Assembly (NCBI GenBank): GCA_964631685.1
Contig: CAZVZU010000004.1
Location: 81,403 to 145,402, forward strand
Length of the DNA stretch: 64,000 nucleotides
DNA from: an uncultured Actinomycetes bacterium
Lineage (GTDB): Bacteria > SZUA-79 > Acidulodesulfobacterales > Acidulodesulfobacteraceae
Direction: 5' to 3'
This document shows, piece after piece, positions 9,363-19,934 of this stretch. Within the stretch, counting starts at the first letter, position 1; each line of letters begins with the position of its first letter. The notes under the pieces are model-generated. The model was not told where the DNA came from, searched no databases, and saw only the letters and a program-made list of their open reading frames with translations. Position numbers and translations under genes: made by a program.

Positions 9363-11267
9363 TTAGCCGACAAATATAGGTCTCTTTGAAAGCATATCAG
9401 GAAGAACCAAGTTTCTATATGGCATATTTTTAGTCTCGTCTTTAATTTCTTTTACCAACTCTTCAGGGCTAAGGCTAAAATTTTTTCTTTCTTTATACCT
9501 ATCCCTGACTGACAATACGCCATTATCTGCCTCTTTACGCCCGACTACTACGATATATGGAACCCAATCTTCTTCGGCAAACATAACCTTTTTGCCAAGA
9601 CTAAAATCCCTATCGTCTATATCAACCCTCACACCTGAACTAAAAATTTTTTCCTTAATCTTAACGGCAAAATCCAAGAATTTATCAGATACCGGCACTA
9701 TCCTTACCTGCGTAGGGCTGAGCCATAAAGGCAAAACCGGAATATCTTTTTTAAGTGCTTCCTCAAGCACAAGATACATCCATCTTTCTATTGCACCAAT
9801 AGAAGAATGGCATATTATGCATCCTTCCTTTTCTCCTTTTTCGTTTACAAAATTTATACCGTATCTCCCGGCATCTTCAACATCAAGCTGAACAGTGGAA
9901 AGTTGGCACGAACCGTTAACAGAATCAACCCCTTGAAATTCATGCTTAAGTGCCCAATAATGTTTCATTTTAGATAATGTTTCTATAAGGGCAGGCTTCT
10001 TTGAATATTTCAAAAGTTCTACGATTTTATCCTTGTACTTGTGATAGTACTCTTCAACTATTCTAAAAACAACTGCATATTCAATTTTTGCAGCCTCGGC
10101 TAAATCCGCATATTTCTTATAAAGCTCCGCATACTCATTAAATCCCTCTTCTAAATTAAGACAAAAACTATGTATATCAGGCATTGTAAAGCCCCTTAAT
10201 CTTCTTAGTCCGGATAACTCCCCGCTCTTTTCATACCTAAAACTCTTTGAGAACTCATAGAATCTCAGCGGCAACTGCTTGTAGCTAATTTTAGTATCCT
10301 TGAGCATTGAAAAAAGCCCAAAATCCCCGGCAAACCTTAAAACAAACTCCTTATCCTGCGCAAATCTGCCAACCTCTGATTTTTCATCCGGAACAAAAAT
10401 AGAATAATGCCGCTCATGGAAAGACTCGCCCTGCCCTCTAATCTCAGGCTTATTCCAGTTGTATATCAAGGGAGTTTCAATCTCCATACACCTTAATTGA
10501 TTTAGTGCAATATCTTCTGCCCAATCGGAGATAAGTTTATATAATAATGTTCCCTTAGGATAAAGCCTCAAATGGCCGGAATCTGAATTTTCCTCGTAAT
10601 CGGCTATTTCCAATCGCTTCATAGCTGACACTGAAGGCGGGGTCACACCGTCTTTTATTTTAAATTCCTCAAACGCTATAACCTTCTTCAGGGATGGATA
10701 ATCTTTTAAAATTTCACTGTTTAATACTTTTTTGTCTTTTAAATCTAGCTTGGTCTCAAAACCGTTGTAACCCAATATAAAAAATTTGCTTTCTACATCT
10801 TTTACAGATTCTTCTCTTGTTTTTCGTTTTAAGGGCTTTTCAACTGAGATATGCCGAGATGACTCGCTTAAAGGGTGGCCCTTGCAAGATATTTTGAAAC
10901 TTTTATACCATCCAAAGGGAGACCTGTGAACCGATTCGATAGATTCCAGTTTCTTTTTTAAAGCATTGAGTATTTCAACAGCAAAAGAAGGCTCTGCAAG
11001 ACTGCTTGACAAGTGAGCATAAGGATACAAGACTATAACCTGAGGTTTCAGCTTTTCGGCAATACTTTTTATTTCGTGAAAAGCCTTACTTATAACTAAG
11101 CTAGCATCTGCCTTATCACTCTTTTCTACGGTGCAGAAAACGACCAACGGCTCATCAAACGACAACTCCGATTCTCCAACAGGATTAAAATCCATCTCTT
11201 CGGCAACTGGCGTCTTCCCTGTCAAAGAATAGCTAAAGAAATCGGCATGTATAATTAATAGTTGCAT
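9363..11267 (-). CDS. thrS: threonine--tRNA ligase, archaeal type
   Basis: Archaeal editing domain (MQLLIIHAD, YPYAHLS, SPFGWYKSF, CKGHPLSE) plus class II core (FRYEKSGEL, MPDIH, HSSIGAIER, WLSPTQVR). Confidence 0.93.
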   Translation of the reverse strand: MQLLIIHADFFSYSLTGKTPVAEEMDFNPVGESELSFDEPLVVFCTVEKSDKADASLVISKAFHEIKSIAEKLKPQVIVLYPYAHLSSSLAEPSFAVEILNALKKKLESIESVHRSPFGWYKSFKISCKGHPLSESSRHISVEKPLKRKTREESVKDVESKFFILGYNGFETKLDLKDKKVLNSEILKDYPSLKKVIAFEEFKIKDGVTPPSVSAMKRLEIADYEENSDSGHLRLYPKGTLLYKLISDWAEDIALNQLRCMEIETPLIYNWNKPEIRGQGESFHERHYSIFVPDEKSEVGRFAQDKEFVLRFAGDFGLFSMLKDTKISYKQLPLRFYEFSKSFRYEKSGELSGLRRLRGFTMPDIHSFCLNLEEGFNEYAELYKKYADLAEAAKIEYAVVFRIVEEYYHKYKDKIVELLKYSKKPALIETLSKMKHYWALKHEFQGVDSVNGSCQLSTVQLDVEDAGRYGINFVNEKGEKEGCIICHSSIGAIERWMYLVLEEALKKDIPVLPLWLSPTQVRIVPVSDKFLDFAVKIKEKIFSSGVRVDIDDRDFSLGKKVMFAEEDWVPYIVVVGRKEADNGVLSVRDRYKERKNFSLSPEELVKEIKDETKNMPYRNLVLPDMLSKRPIFVG

Positions 11268-11272
11268 ATCAA

Positions 11273-12100
11273 TTAAAAGTCATTAGGAAGATTCTCAAGT
11301 TCTTTTGCTGTAAAAACGGGTCCGTCCTTACATACATAAACACTTCCTACATTACATCTTCCGCATTTGCCCAATCCGCATTTCATTCTATTTTCAAGTG
11401 TTGTAATAATATTTTCTTTATCAAAACCCATCTTTTCTTCTAGCGATTTCAATGAAAACTTTATCATAATTGGGGGTCCGCAAACAATAGCAACGCTGTT
11501 TTCCCCTTTTAAGGGAAGCTCTTCTAAAATGGTAGGAACAAAACCTACTTTCCCTACCCAATTGGGGGTCTCTCCGCCCGGATCAACGGTAATGACTACA
11601 TCTGTGTTCTTATGCTTTCTCCAATCATCGAATATATCTTTATATAAAAGATCGGCCACGGTTCTCGCCCCATATAGAACGGTTATCTTACCGTAATCAT
11701 CCCGTTTGTCAAAACAATATTCAAGAATAGATTTCACCGGCGCCATACCTATTCCGCCGCCAATAAAGACAAGATTCTTACCCTTCATCTTTGATGTATC
11801 AAAATGGTTGCCGTATGGTCCCCTGAAGGACAGTTTATCGCCGGGATTTAATCCGTTCATACCGGTAGTTGCTCTACCGGAAGTCCTAAAGCTAAATTCA
11901 AAAAAATCCTTTCTCAATGGAGACGATGAAAATCCAAAGGTCGATTCGCCCTCACCTATAACCGAGAATTCTCCAAACTGACCCGGCAAAAAAAATGTGC
12001 TCGCGCCATCTATGGTTAGACGAATAGTTTTAGTATCATTCGTCTCCTGAATTATCTCCTTTATTTCTGCCATCTTAGGTAAATAAATATTTTCCATCAA
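11273..12100 (-). CDS. flxA: FAD/NAD(P)-binding oxidoreductase with 2Fe-2S (FlxA/AsrB-like)
   Basis: RGPYGN, IGGGIGMAP, VCGPPIM, MKCGLGKCGRC; last gene of the hdr-flx cluster. Confidence 0.85.
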   Translation of the reverse strand: MMENIYLPKMAEIKEIIQETNDTKTIRLTIDGASTFFLPGQFGEFSVIGEGESTFGFSSSPLRKDFFEFSFRTSGRATTGMNGLNPGDKLSFRGPYGNHFDTSKMKGKNLVFIGGGIGMAPVKSILEYCFDKRDDYGKITVLYGARTVADLLYKDIFDDWRKHKNTDVVITVDPGGETPNWVGKVGFVPTILEELPLKGENSVAIVCGPPIMIKFSLKSLEEKMGFDKENIITTLENRMKCGLGKCGRCNVGSVYVCKDGPVFTAKELENLPNDF

Positions 12101-12144
12101 CTATCACTCCAGTTTAATATTTGTAAATTAAGGTAAAAATAGTT

Positions 12145-13164
12145 CTACAGCAACGTTAAATCTCTTACAACTTCCTTAAGATCTATATCTTCTGGGCAAT
12201 TCCTTGAGCATCTGCCGCACCCAACACATAAATATTTATCAAATTTCTCACTATATATTTTGAACTTATGCATAAGCCTCTGCCTATATCTATCTCCCTG
12301 TGTATTTCTTGGATTATGCCCCGATGTATGAAGCGTAAATAACGCAAACTGACAGGAATCCCAATTCTTAATCCTCTTGCCCTCTTTCATATTTCCTTCA
12401 TCTTGAATATCGAAACAGTGGCAGGTAGGACACGTATATGTGCAAATCCCGCAACCTATGCAGGACAAAAACCTATTCTGAAAATAGTCGTGATCGAAAT
12501 TATTATCCAAAAAACTCTTCGCTTTTTCGACTTCAAATGTCTTCTTCCAGTCTTGCTCTGACGGCATTTTATCCTTAGAAATATCGCTTAAAAGGCTCAT
12601 ATAAGGCTTGAGAAGATCGAGCCCTTTTTCACTTACAATGGTAACAAAATATTTGCCGTCACCCTTTTTGAGCAGTATATCCGAACCGTGTGAGCTTTCA
12701 GGCGAAAGCTGCATCTCCGTGCAAAAACAGTAATTATCGGGTTTTTCACATGCTATAGAAATAATGGTTAAATTATTAAACCGCTCATTGAAAAATCCAT
12801 CCTTATAACCCCAGTTAAAAACCTTTTCCATTATAGGGCCAGCCGCAGCATCACAGGGTCTTGAACCAAAAATTACTCTCTTCTTGTTCTCGCCGCTGCA
12901 CATGTCAAGACCGTCTTTGAGATCTATATCCACACCCGAAAAGGAATACTCAAACAGTGTTTCCGTCTTTGGAAGAAGATACTCTTTATACGATACCTTA
13001 GGTAAAAGCACATCAAGGTTTGCATCTGCAAATCTATCTATTTTTCCATAAAAAGTGTCTCCGTCCTTATCCATCGGGGCTATAACTTCAAACGCATCCG
13101 ACACTAAAGAATCGACAAGCTTTTCCAGATTTTCTATTCCGATCTCAAAATATTTTTCTTCCAT
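12145..13164 (-). CDS. flxB: 4Fe-4S dicluster protein (FlxB/AsrA-like)
   Basis: GSRPCD, CIGCGICTYTCPTCHC, CVGCGRCSRNCP. Confidence 0.83.
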   Translation of the reverse strand: MEEKYFEIGIENLEKLVDSLVSDAFEVIAPMDKDGDTFYGKIDRFADANLDVLLPKVSYKEYLLPKTETLFEYSFSGVDIDLKDGLDMCSGENKKRVIFGSRPCDAAAGPIMEKVFNWGYKDGFFNERFNNLTIISIACEKPDNYCFCTEMQLSPESSHGSDILLKKGDGKYFVTIVSEKGLDLLKPYMSLLSDISKDKMPSEQDWKKTFEVEKAKSFLDNNFDHDYFQNRFLSCIGCGICTYTCPTCHCFDIQDEGNMKEGKRIKNWDSCQFALFTLHTSGHNPRNTQGDRYRQRLMHKFKIYSEKFDKYLCVGCGRCSRNCPEDIDLKEVVRDLTLL

Positions 13165-13184
13165 TATACAAACTCTCCCGCATC

Positions 13185-14084
13185 TTACTTTATAAACTCG
13201 TTAAAATCACTTTCGCTAAATACTCCGAATACCGGTTTGGCATCAATATCAAGCCCGGATTTATACCCAAATAGGTCGTATGTATCCCTTGCCATTTTTT
13301 CGTTAATAAGCATTAGGGGAATATTCACAGGACAAGCGCGCTCACACTCACCGCAGCCTATGCAACGTCCTGATAAATGATAAGCCCTGATCAAATTCCA
13401 CTGGGCATTGCCTGTCTCCTCAAGGTTGGTATCTATCCATTGCGGCACATTCTTTTCGACAATACATCTGGAACAATAACATAAAGGACATGCCTGCCTG
13501 CAAGCATAGCACTTAATGCACTTATCAAACTCTTTCTCCCAGAAGGCATCCTTTTCTTCGGAACCCATAGCGTCCAACTCTTCTATTTTCGCATAAGGCT
13601 TGATATTGCCCGATATAACGAGCTTAGGATCTGCGCACTCGATAAGATAATCATGCAAGATAGGCTCATGCTCACTACAAATAAGGCACTTATCGTAAAC
13701 AGTATTTTCTGAAAGATCGGACTCGCCTTTGTCGGCAAGACTTTGCCTTATCACGCCGTTACATTCAACGCCGATTATCTTTATATTTTCTCTCGCAACT
13801 TGGTACTCTTGTATCAATGCGTTAAGTGCTTTTTCATCGCAACCCTTAACCACTATGCCTATTCTGCCAAATTTTTTAACCTCTTGTTTCTTTAAAAATA
13901 CAGCTAGATCCTGAACAGAATGACGGTTAAACAATAGCTTACTCGTATCCTCCGGCTTGGTAATAAACACCGGACGCATTCTTTTAGGGTGTGAACCCTC
14001 GGTATAGCCGATTATCAGGCTAACCTCTTTACTTTCCAAGAGGTCTTTTGCTATCTTTTGCAACTTTTCGTCTATATTTGCCAT
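13185..14084 (-). CDS. flxC: 4Fe-4S dicluster protein (FlxC)
   Basis: CIKCYACRQACPLCYC, RCIGCGECERACP; position in the hdr-flx cluster. Confidence 0.8.
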   Translation of the reverse strand: MANIDEKLQKIAKDLLESKEVSLIIGYTEGSHPKRMRPVFITKPEDTSKLLFNRHSVQDLAVFLKKQEVKKFGRIGIVVKGCDEKALNALIQEYQVARENIKIIGVECNGVIRQSLADKGESDLSENTVYDKCLICSEHEPILHDYLIECADPKLVISGNIKPYAKIEELDAMGSEEKDAFWEKEFDKCIKCYACRQACPLCYCSRCIVEKNVPQWIDTNLEETGNAQWNLIRAYHLSGRCIGCGECERACPVNIPLMLINEKMARDTYDLFGYKSGLDIDAKPVFGVFSESDFNEFIK

Positions 14085-14182
14085 ATGATATCCTAAAAGT
14101 TAAATTTAAACCTGCCCATGTTCTCTTTTTTCAATCTTATATATGAAAAAAGAAATGGGCAGAGACCCACATTTAATTTATA

Positions 14183-14635
14183 TTATTTTTTAAATATATC
14201 GCTAGAATTACCTTTTAATGACTTAATCTTGTCGGTAAACTCATTAATTATAGAAACCCACTTATTGCCCTCGGAAGCACTAATCCATGAAAACTCCATC
14301 CTATTCAAATCAACCCCGAGAAAACCCAATAAATTCCTGAAGATAGCATATTTTCTCCTTGAATGATAATTCCCGCTTATGTAATGGCAATCGCCGGGAT
14401 GACAACCGGAAATCAACACACCCTTGGCGCCTTTCTTAAATGCCTCCACGATAAATAGAGGATCTATCCTTCCCGAACAAGGAAGCTTTATCACCCTCAC
14501 ATTATCGGAATACTTCATCCTGCTCGTTCCCGCAAGATCCGCCCCACTGTACGTGCACCAATTACAAACGAATGCAATAATCCGAGGGTCGCTATCATCG
14601 CTTGTTTTCGCAAGCTCTTCTTTTTTATCTTCCAT
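14183..14635 (-). CDS. flxD: MvhD/FlxD hydrogenase iron-sulfur delta subunit
   Basis: FVCNWCTYSGADLAG, LPCSGRID, GCHPGDCHY, WISASEG. Confidence 0.9.
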   Translation of the reverse strand: MEDKKEELAKTSDDSDPRIIAFVCNWCTYSGADLAGTSRMKYSDNVRVIKLPCSGRIDPLFIVEAFKKGAKGVLISGCHPGDCHYISGNYHSRRKYAIFRNLLGFLGVDLNRMEFSWISASEGNKWVSIINEFTDKIKSLKGNSSDIFKK

Positions 14636-14714
14636 TTATGGCGAACTCCTTTTTACCTATTTTCATATTTATTTCCTACCGTTTAATGCAACAGCTTGTA
14701 TTATTGTATCAAAT

Positions 14715-16697
14715 TTAAATAGCTAACGACTTAATCTCTGCATATATCTGATCATCCATAAATCCTTTGACATCTATCGATTTAGAAAAACATGCATTAA
14801 CACATGCACCGCAACCGGTGCAAAGTCCGGGATTAACATTGGCAACAACCTTTATAAGCTTGCCACTTCTATCCTTAATCTCTTTTTTGCTAATCGCACT
14901 ATAACCACAAACCCTTTGGCAGTAAAAACATGCAACGCAAGTAGCTTCATTAACGCTGGCGATAGTTCCCTCAACCTCATACTCATCTTTCGAAAACAAC
15001 CCTAATATTTTGGCTGCGACTGCAGAACCGGAAACAACCGACTCCGGAATATCCCTTGGCCCCTGCGCCATACCCGCAAGAAAAATGCCAGCAGTGGAAG
15101 ACTCGGCAGGACGAAGCTTAGGGTGGGATTCCGTATAAAACCCATATTTATCATATGATATGCCTAGCATTTGAGCAATCTTGTCGGAACCCTTTTTAGG
15201 TATAACACCGGTTGCCAAAACCACCATATCCGCCGCAATTTCTACCTGATTGCCGGAAAGCGTATCAGCCCCCTTAACGATAAGTTTGCCGTCATTTTCA
15301 TAAATCTTCGACACCCTGCCCCTAAGATAAATTGCACCATCTTGTTCCATGGCACCCCTGACAAATTCTTCATACCCCTTACTCGTCGCCCTTATATCTA
15401 TGTAAAAGACATAACTTTGAGAACCGTGAACCTTATGTGCAAACAATTTTGTGTGCTTCGCAGTATACATACAACAAACTTTTGAGCAATAAGGCACGCC
15501 TTTTTCGGGGTCCCTTGAGCCTACGCATTGAATAAACACGATTGTTTGCGGGATTTTGCCGTCAGACGGTCTCTTAATTACACCCTCGGTTGGGCCGGAT
15601 GCAGATAAAAGTCTTTCAAATTGCAAACCCGATATGACATCTTTAAATTTGCCGTAACCATATTCACCATACATAGAATTTTCCATTAAATCATAACCGG
15701 TTGCGGCTACAATTGCGCCAACGGTCTCTTCTATAATTTCATCCTTTATGTCAAAATCAATACATTTAGGACCACAAGCCTCATAACATTTAACGCATTT
15801 TCCGCCTTTTCTGAAATGAAGACAAACCGATCTGTCTAATACAGGGATAAGAGGAACGGCTTGAGGAAAAGGAACGTATATAGCCGTTCTTTCAGATAAA
15901 TTTACATTAAATTCACTCTTGACATTTTTATGCATAGGACAGGCATTCCAGCATTCGCCGCAACCGGTGCAATCCTTCTCGACAACGCTTCTTGCCTTTT
16001 TTCTTATTTTAATCTTAAAGTTTCCTATATATCCTGATACGTCTTCGACCTCTGAATATGTATATAGCTTAATATTTGGACTCTGATTCACTTCGACCAT
16101 TTTCGGAGTCATGATGCAACTGGAACAATCAAGGGTCGGAAAAGTTTCATCAAGCTGGATCATTCTTCCGCCTATGGACGGCTCCTTCTCTACGAGCAGA
16201 ACCTCAATTCCTCCGCTTGCAATATCTAATGCCGCCTGAATGCCGGATATGCCCCCTCCTATAACAAGCGCCTTTTTGTTCAAGGGCACCCTAACATCTT
16301 CGATAGGTTTATCTCTCTTAACCTTTTCGACCATCATCTTCATCAAATCTATCGCTTTATTGGTAGCCCTTTCTTTATCATCGTGAACCCAAGAAACCTG
16401 CTCTCTAATATTGGCGATCTCGACAAAATACGGGTTTAAGCCCTCTTGAATGGCGGCTTTCCTGAATGTCTTTTCATGCATATGTGGGGAACAAGCCGCA
16501 AGAACAACTCCCGTCAGATTTTCTTTCTTAATCATATTCCTTAAACTGTTCTGCCCAGGATCGGAACACATATATTTATAGTCGATTGCAGTTACGACAC
16601 CAGGAATATTCCTGGCCTCCTCGGCAACCTTAACAACATCAACCGTCCCCGCAATATTTGAACCGCACCAACAAACAAAAACTCCTACTCTTGCCAT
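14715..16697 (-). CDS. hdrA: heterodisulfide reductase subunit A
   Basis: VGVFVCWCG, IGGGISG, TFPTLDC, QCVGSRD, YCSKVCC, ferredoxin motifs. Confidence 0.95.
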   Translation of the reverse strand: MARVGVFVCWCGSNIAGTVDVVKVAEEARNIPGVVTAIDYKYMCSDPGQNSLRNMIKKENLTGVVLAACSPHMHEKTFRKAAIQEGLNPYFVEIANIREQVSWVHDDKERATNKAIDLMKMMVEKVKRDKPIEDVRVPLNKKALVIGGGISGIQAALDIASGGIEVLLVEKEPSIGGRMIQLDETFPTLDCSSCIMTPKMVEVNQSPNIKLYTYSEVEDVSGYIGNFKIKIRKKARSVVEKDCTGCGECWNACPMHKNVKSEFNVNLSERTAIYVPFPQAVPLIPVLDRSVCLHFRKGGKCVKCYEACGPKCIDFDIKDEIIEETVGAIVAATGYDLMENSMYGEYGYGKFKDVISGLQFERLLSASGPTEGVIKRPSDGKIPQTIVFIQCVGSRDPEKGVPYCSKVCCMYTAKHTKLFAHKVHGSQSYVFYIDIRATSKGYEEFVRGAMEQDGAIYLRGRVSKIYENDGKLIVKGADTLSGNQVEIAADMVVLATGVIPKKGSDKIAQMLGISYDKYGFYTESHPKLRPAESSTAGIFLAGMAQGPRDIPESVVSGSAVAAKILGLFSKDEYEVEGTIASVNEATCVACFYCQRVCGYSAISKKEIKDRSGKLIKVVANVNPGLCTGCGACVNACFSKSIDVKGFMDDQIYAEIKSLAI

Positions 16698-16777
16698 AAT
16701 ATATACCCCATATATTGCTCAATTTTCACTTAACTAAACTTGCATTCTATTACTAAAAATATATAGACCGATGATAC

Positions 16778-17656
16778 CTACTCAGGCAATCCCTCGATCT
16801 TCTTTAAAACCTTATCCGCCGCAACCATATGCCCCTCTATCGCAAGATCTTTATAGCTTATTCCAAAGGAAAGCCCCAAGAGCTCGGTTATAAAAAACAC
16901 CGGCAACCCCAACTTTTCAGCATATTTCCTTTCTATCTCTCTTTGCCTAACATCTAAATTAGAGTGACACAAGGGACAGGCAACAACTACAAGGTCTGCT
17001 CCGTGTTTTTTGATATCATATAAAATATTACCCGTCAAAGCCATAACCACATCGGGTTTAGAAAGCGAATTAATAGCTCCGCAACACTCGGTCTTAAAGG
17101 AATAATTCACTGGTTCAGCCCCTGTAAGCCCGACTAATTCGTCCATAGACATAGGATTTTCAGGATCGTCAAACTGCATAATCTTGGGCGGTCTCACTAA
17201 CAAGCAACCATAGTAAGAGGCAACTTTTAAACCGGTTAAACGCTTTTTAACCATAGATTTTATCTTATCCTTACCTACAACATCATTGAGAAATTCAAGC
17301 ATATTGCTTATACCTATTTTGGCGTTGTAAGGCATTTCTATGGAGTCGGTTATCCTTTTTTTAAGGATATCGTCGGCTTGAAGTTCATAGTCGGCAGTTT
17401 TGAGCCTATTAGAACATGCAGCGCATGGAGCAAGAACCGATTCAAATCCTTCTTTTTCTGCTATCGCAAGATTTCTTGCGGGAAGAGCCACGGAAATATT
17501 ATGGTTTATACTGTGAGCCGCGGAAGCGCCGCAACAGTTCCAATCTGGTATTTCTTTAACCTCTATATTTAACGCCTTAAGTATTCTTAGCAGAGACACT
17601 TCATATTCAAATGATGTTCCTTTAAGTGAACATCCCGGGTAATATGCTAATTTCAT
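16778..17656 (-). CDS. hdrB: heterodisulfide reductase subunit B
   Basis: YYPGCS, WNCCGA, PCAAC, YYGC, CCG, CPLC (two CCG domains). Confidence 0.93.
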   Translation of the reverse strand: MKLAYYPGCSLKGTSFEYEVSLLRILKALNIEVKEIPDWNCCGASAAHSINHNISVALPARNLAIAEKEGFESVLAPCAACSNRLKTADYELQADDILKKRITDSIEMPYNAKIGISNMLEFLNDVVGKDKIKSMVKKRLTGLKVASYYGCLLVRPPKIMQFDDPENPMSMDELVGLTGAEPVNYSFKTECCGAINSLSKPDVVMALTGNILYDIKKHGADLVVVACPLCHSNLDVRQREIERKYAEKLGLPVFFITELLGLSFGISYKDLAIEGHMVAADKVLKKIEGLPE

Positions 17657-17687
17657 GTATATAATTTCTCCCCAATAGTGTTAATAT

Positions 17688-18236
17688 TTACTCAAAATCC
17701 TTAAAAATCTTGGCAATTTGATTTAAACCAGAAATCTTTTCCCCGTGCATCTTAAGTTTGCCCTTTTCAATCATCTTTGGAGCTAAAAACATATCCCTGA
17801 ACAAATGCCTTGTTTTAAACTTGTATTTGCCTACAAGCTCAAGCTCGAATATTCTGCCATTAGATTTAACATTATCCAAGAAAACCTCATGGAACATCTG
17901 CACCTCTTTTTCTACCTTTGACAAGATTCCTCGTCCTTTGGCTATTTCTCTTAAAACATCCATAATTCCGGCAACCTCAAACCCTTTAGGGCAGCGTGTG
18001 GAACATGTATTACACGAAACGCAAAGCCATATGGTCTTAGAGTTTAGAACGGTATTATCCATTCCCAGTTCCGTCATTTTTATAATTTGGTTTGGAGTAT
18101 AATCCATTTCGAAGTTAACAGGACAGCCGGCAGAACACTTTCCGCACTGATAGCATCTGGAGAGTTTATCGTGAAGCATCGACTCCACTTTTGATGCAAA
18201 ATTTCGTCTATTTTGTTCGTTTATAACTATTTTCAT
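17688..18236 (-). CDS. hdrC: heterodisulfide reductase subunit C
   Basis: CYQCGKCSAGCP and CVSCNTCSTRCP; GRIFE motif. Confidence 0.93.
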   Translation of the reverse strand: MKIVINEQNRRNFASKVESMLHDKLSRCYQCGKCSAGCPVNFEMDYTPNQIIKMTELGMDNTVLNSKTIWLCVSCNTCSTRCPKGFEVAGIMDVLREIAKGRGILSKVEKEVQMFHEVFLDNVKSNGRIFELELVGKYKFKTRHLFRDMFLAPKMIEKGKLKMHGEKISGLNQIAKIFKDFE

Positions 18237-18329
18237 CGTAAATATCCTTTGTATATTTTAATCATTAAGATTATTCGTGAATATCACATTAAGAAATATT
18301 AGAACGACTCGCAAAAATGTAGTCTTGTT

Positions 18330-18358
18330 ATTCTAATTTATATCAGCCTTTTAGTCAA
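18330..18358 (-). promoter_or_regulatory. sigma-70 promoter of hdrCBA-flxDCBA
   Basis: Minus strand TTGACT-17 nt-TAGAAT. Confidence 0.55.
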
Positions 18359-18393
18359 GCGATTTTTAAAGTTTTTCAAACTAAATTGAATTA

Positions 18394-18422
18394 TTGACTT
18401 GTGACTCTACAGTCATTATAAT
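18394..18422 (+). promoter_or_regulatory. sigma-70 promoter of the efflux operon with a palindrome in the spacer
   Basis: TTGACT-17 nt-TATAAT; TGACT-ctac-AGTCA at 18402-18415. Confidence 0.65.
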
Positions 18423-18496
18423 AGTGGTTGTATGTTCGGGATAAGACAATCTGAACATACGTTTACTTAAAAAATTCAAAAATCATTAGAATTGCA

Positions 18497-19906
18497 ATGA
18501 TATCCAAATCACCTAAATATGCCATTTTCTCCTTGCTTTGTATTATTGTAATTGTAGTTTGTTTTTCCTATAATTCTTATGCATTAAATGGACACAAACA
18601 AGCCCGCGGATACAAGCCGGCCACCACCAAAAATATTCTACTCTTTATTCCCTCTTATATCGGAAAATCCTCAATTGACAGAGATGCGCCGCATACTATA
18701 GGGCTGACGGCAGCACTCAAGCTATCCCTTAAGCATTATCCCGGCATATTGTTATCTAAATATGACTATATATCCTCCATATATGCCAAAAACCAGTCAC
18801 TTCACCTATATTATCCACAGATTTCCGGCACTGCTGTTTTTTCTAAAAATTCAGCTATGAGCAATAGCGTAGGCGGAATGAATTATTCTGTTAACAACTA
18901 CTCCGGAAGCATCAATGCCACTTATATGCTCTACTCTTTCGGTTCCCGCTACTACGGCTACCTCGGATCGGTTTATCAAATGAAAAGGGCCAATGCGGGT
19001 TATAACCTATCGATAAATAAAAATCTTTACAGTGTGGTGATTAATTTTGCTACATACTTTGCAGACATAGAGTTAATGAAGGCCGATAGAGAAAATATGA
19101 AAAGCTACGAGATGCAATATAAGGCCGCTTTTGAATTCTATAAAATAGGAACGGGTAATCTCTTGGATGCCGAAACGGCAAAAGCCAATATGGAAAATGC
19201 AAAAGCTGTATACACAAACTCAATTTATAATCTAAGGATTGCAAGACTGGCGCTATTTAATTCAATCGGACTTTCCCCGTCAAAAAAATATCGATTTGTC
19301 AATACGCTTAAATTTAAGCCTTTAGTACAAAAACTTGACAGTCTTATAAAGACGGCTGTGAAATTGAACCCCGAACTTAAGGAATCAATATATGCTGTTA
19401 AATCGTCAAGAGCCGCTATAGATGAAGCAGCAAGTGGATATTTTCCTGAACTAAGCGCAGATTTTTCATATACAGGACAGAATTCATCATTTCCGTTAAA
19501 TAGAAATTATTCGGTTGGCGTATCTGTTTCAATACCTATTTTTAACGGATTTCTGACCCAAAATAAAATAGAATATTCCAAGGCAATGTTAAACAGTAAT
19601 ATATGGAGCAGGCGACTTATCCGCGATAATCTTGTCTATAGCATATCTATCGATTATTATGCTATTCTTAACCAATATTTAACCGCAAAAATGCTAAAGT
19701 CATCGGAAGATGCGGCGATGCTCGCATATAAACTTGCGTTAAAAAGTTATAAAATAGGCATAGGTTCAATGCTTGAACTTACAATTGCAAATACGCGATA
19801 TATATCAGCCGAAACAAATTACATAAATGCAAAATTTACCTATTTTTATCAAAAAGCAAAACTTTATTCCGATCTGGGTTTAATGCGGGAACATTATATC
19901 AAATGA
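18497..19906 (+). CDS. TolC family outer membrane efflux protein
   Basis: Signal peptide, duplicated OEP pattern (YYPQIS, YFPELS, SIPIFNG, YKIGxG); first gene of a tripartite exporter. Confidence 0.88.
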   Translation: MISKSPKYAIFSLLCIIVIVVCFSYNSYALNGHKQARGYKPATTKNILLFIPSYIGKSSIDRDAPHTIGLTAALKLSLKHYPGILLSKYDYISSIYAKNQSLHLYYPQISGTAVFSKNSAMSNSVGGMNYSVNNYSGSINATYMLYSFGSRYYGYLGSVYQMKRANAGYNLSINKNLYSVVINFATYFADIELMKADRENMKSYEMQYKAAFEFYKIGTGNLLDAETAKANMENAKAVYTNSIYNLRIARLALFNSIGLSPSKKYRFVNTLKFKPLVQKLDSLIKTAVKLNPELKESIYAVKSSRAAIDEAASGYFPELSADFSYTGQNSSFPLNRNYSVGVSVSIPIFNGFLTQNKIEYSKAMLNSNIWSRRLIRDNLVYSISIDYYAILNQYLTAKMLKSSEDAAMLAYKLALKSYKIGIGSMLELTIANTRYISAETNYINAKFTYFYQKAKLYSDLGLMREHYIK

Positions 19907-19934
19907 AAAAACATGCAGAGTATACGGTGAAAAA

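Noticed and set aside
18276..18290. Rex operator upstream of hdrC (GTGA-ata-TCAC)
   Set aside because: Spacing does not fit TTGTGAA-N4-TTCACAA.
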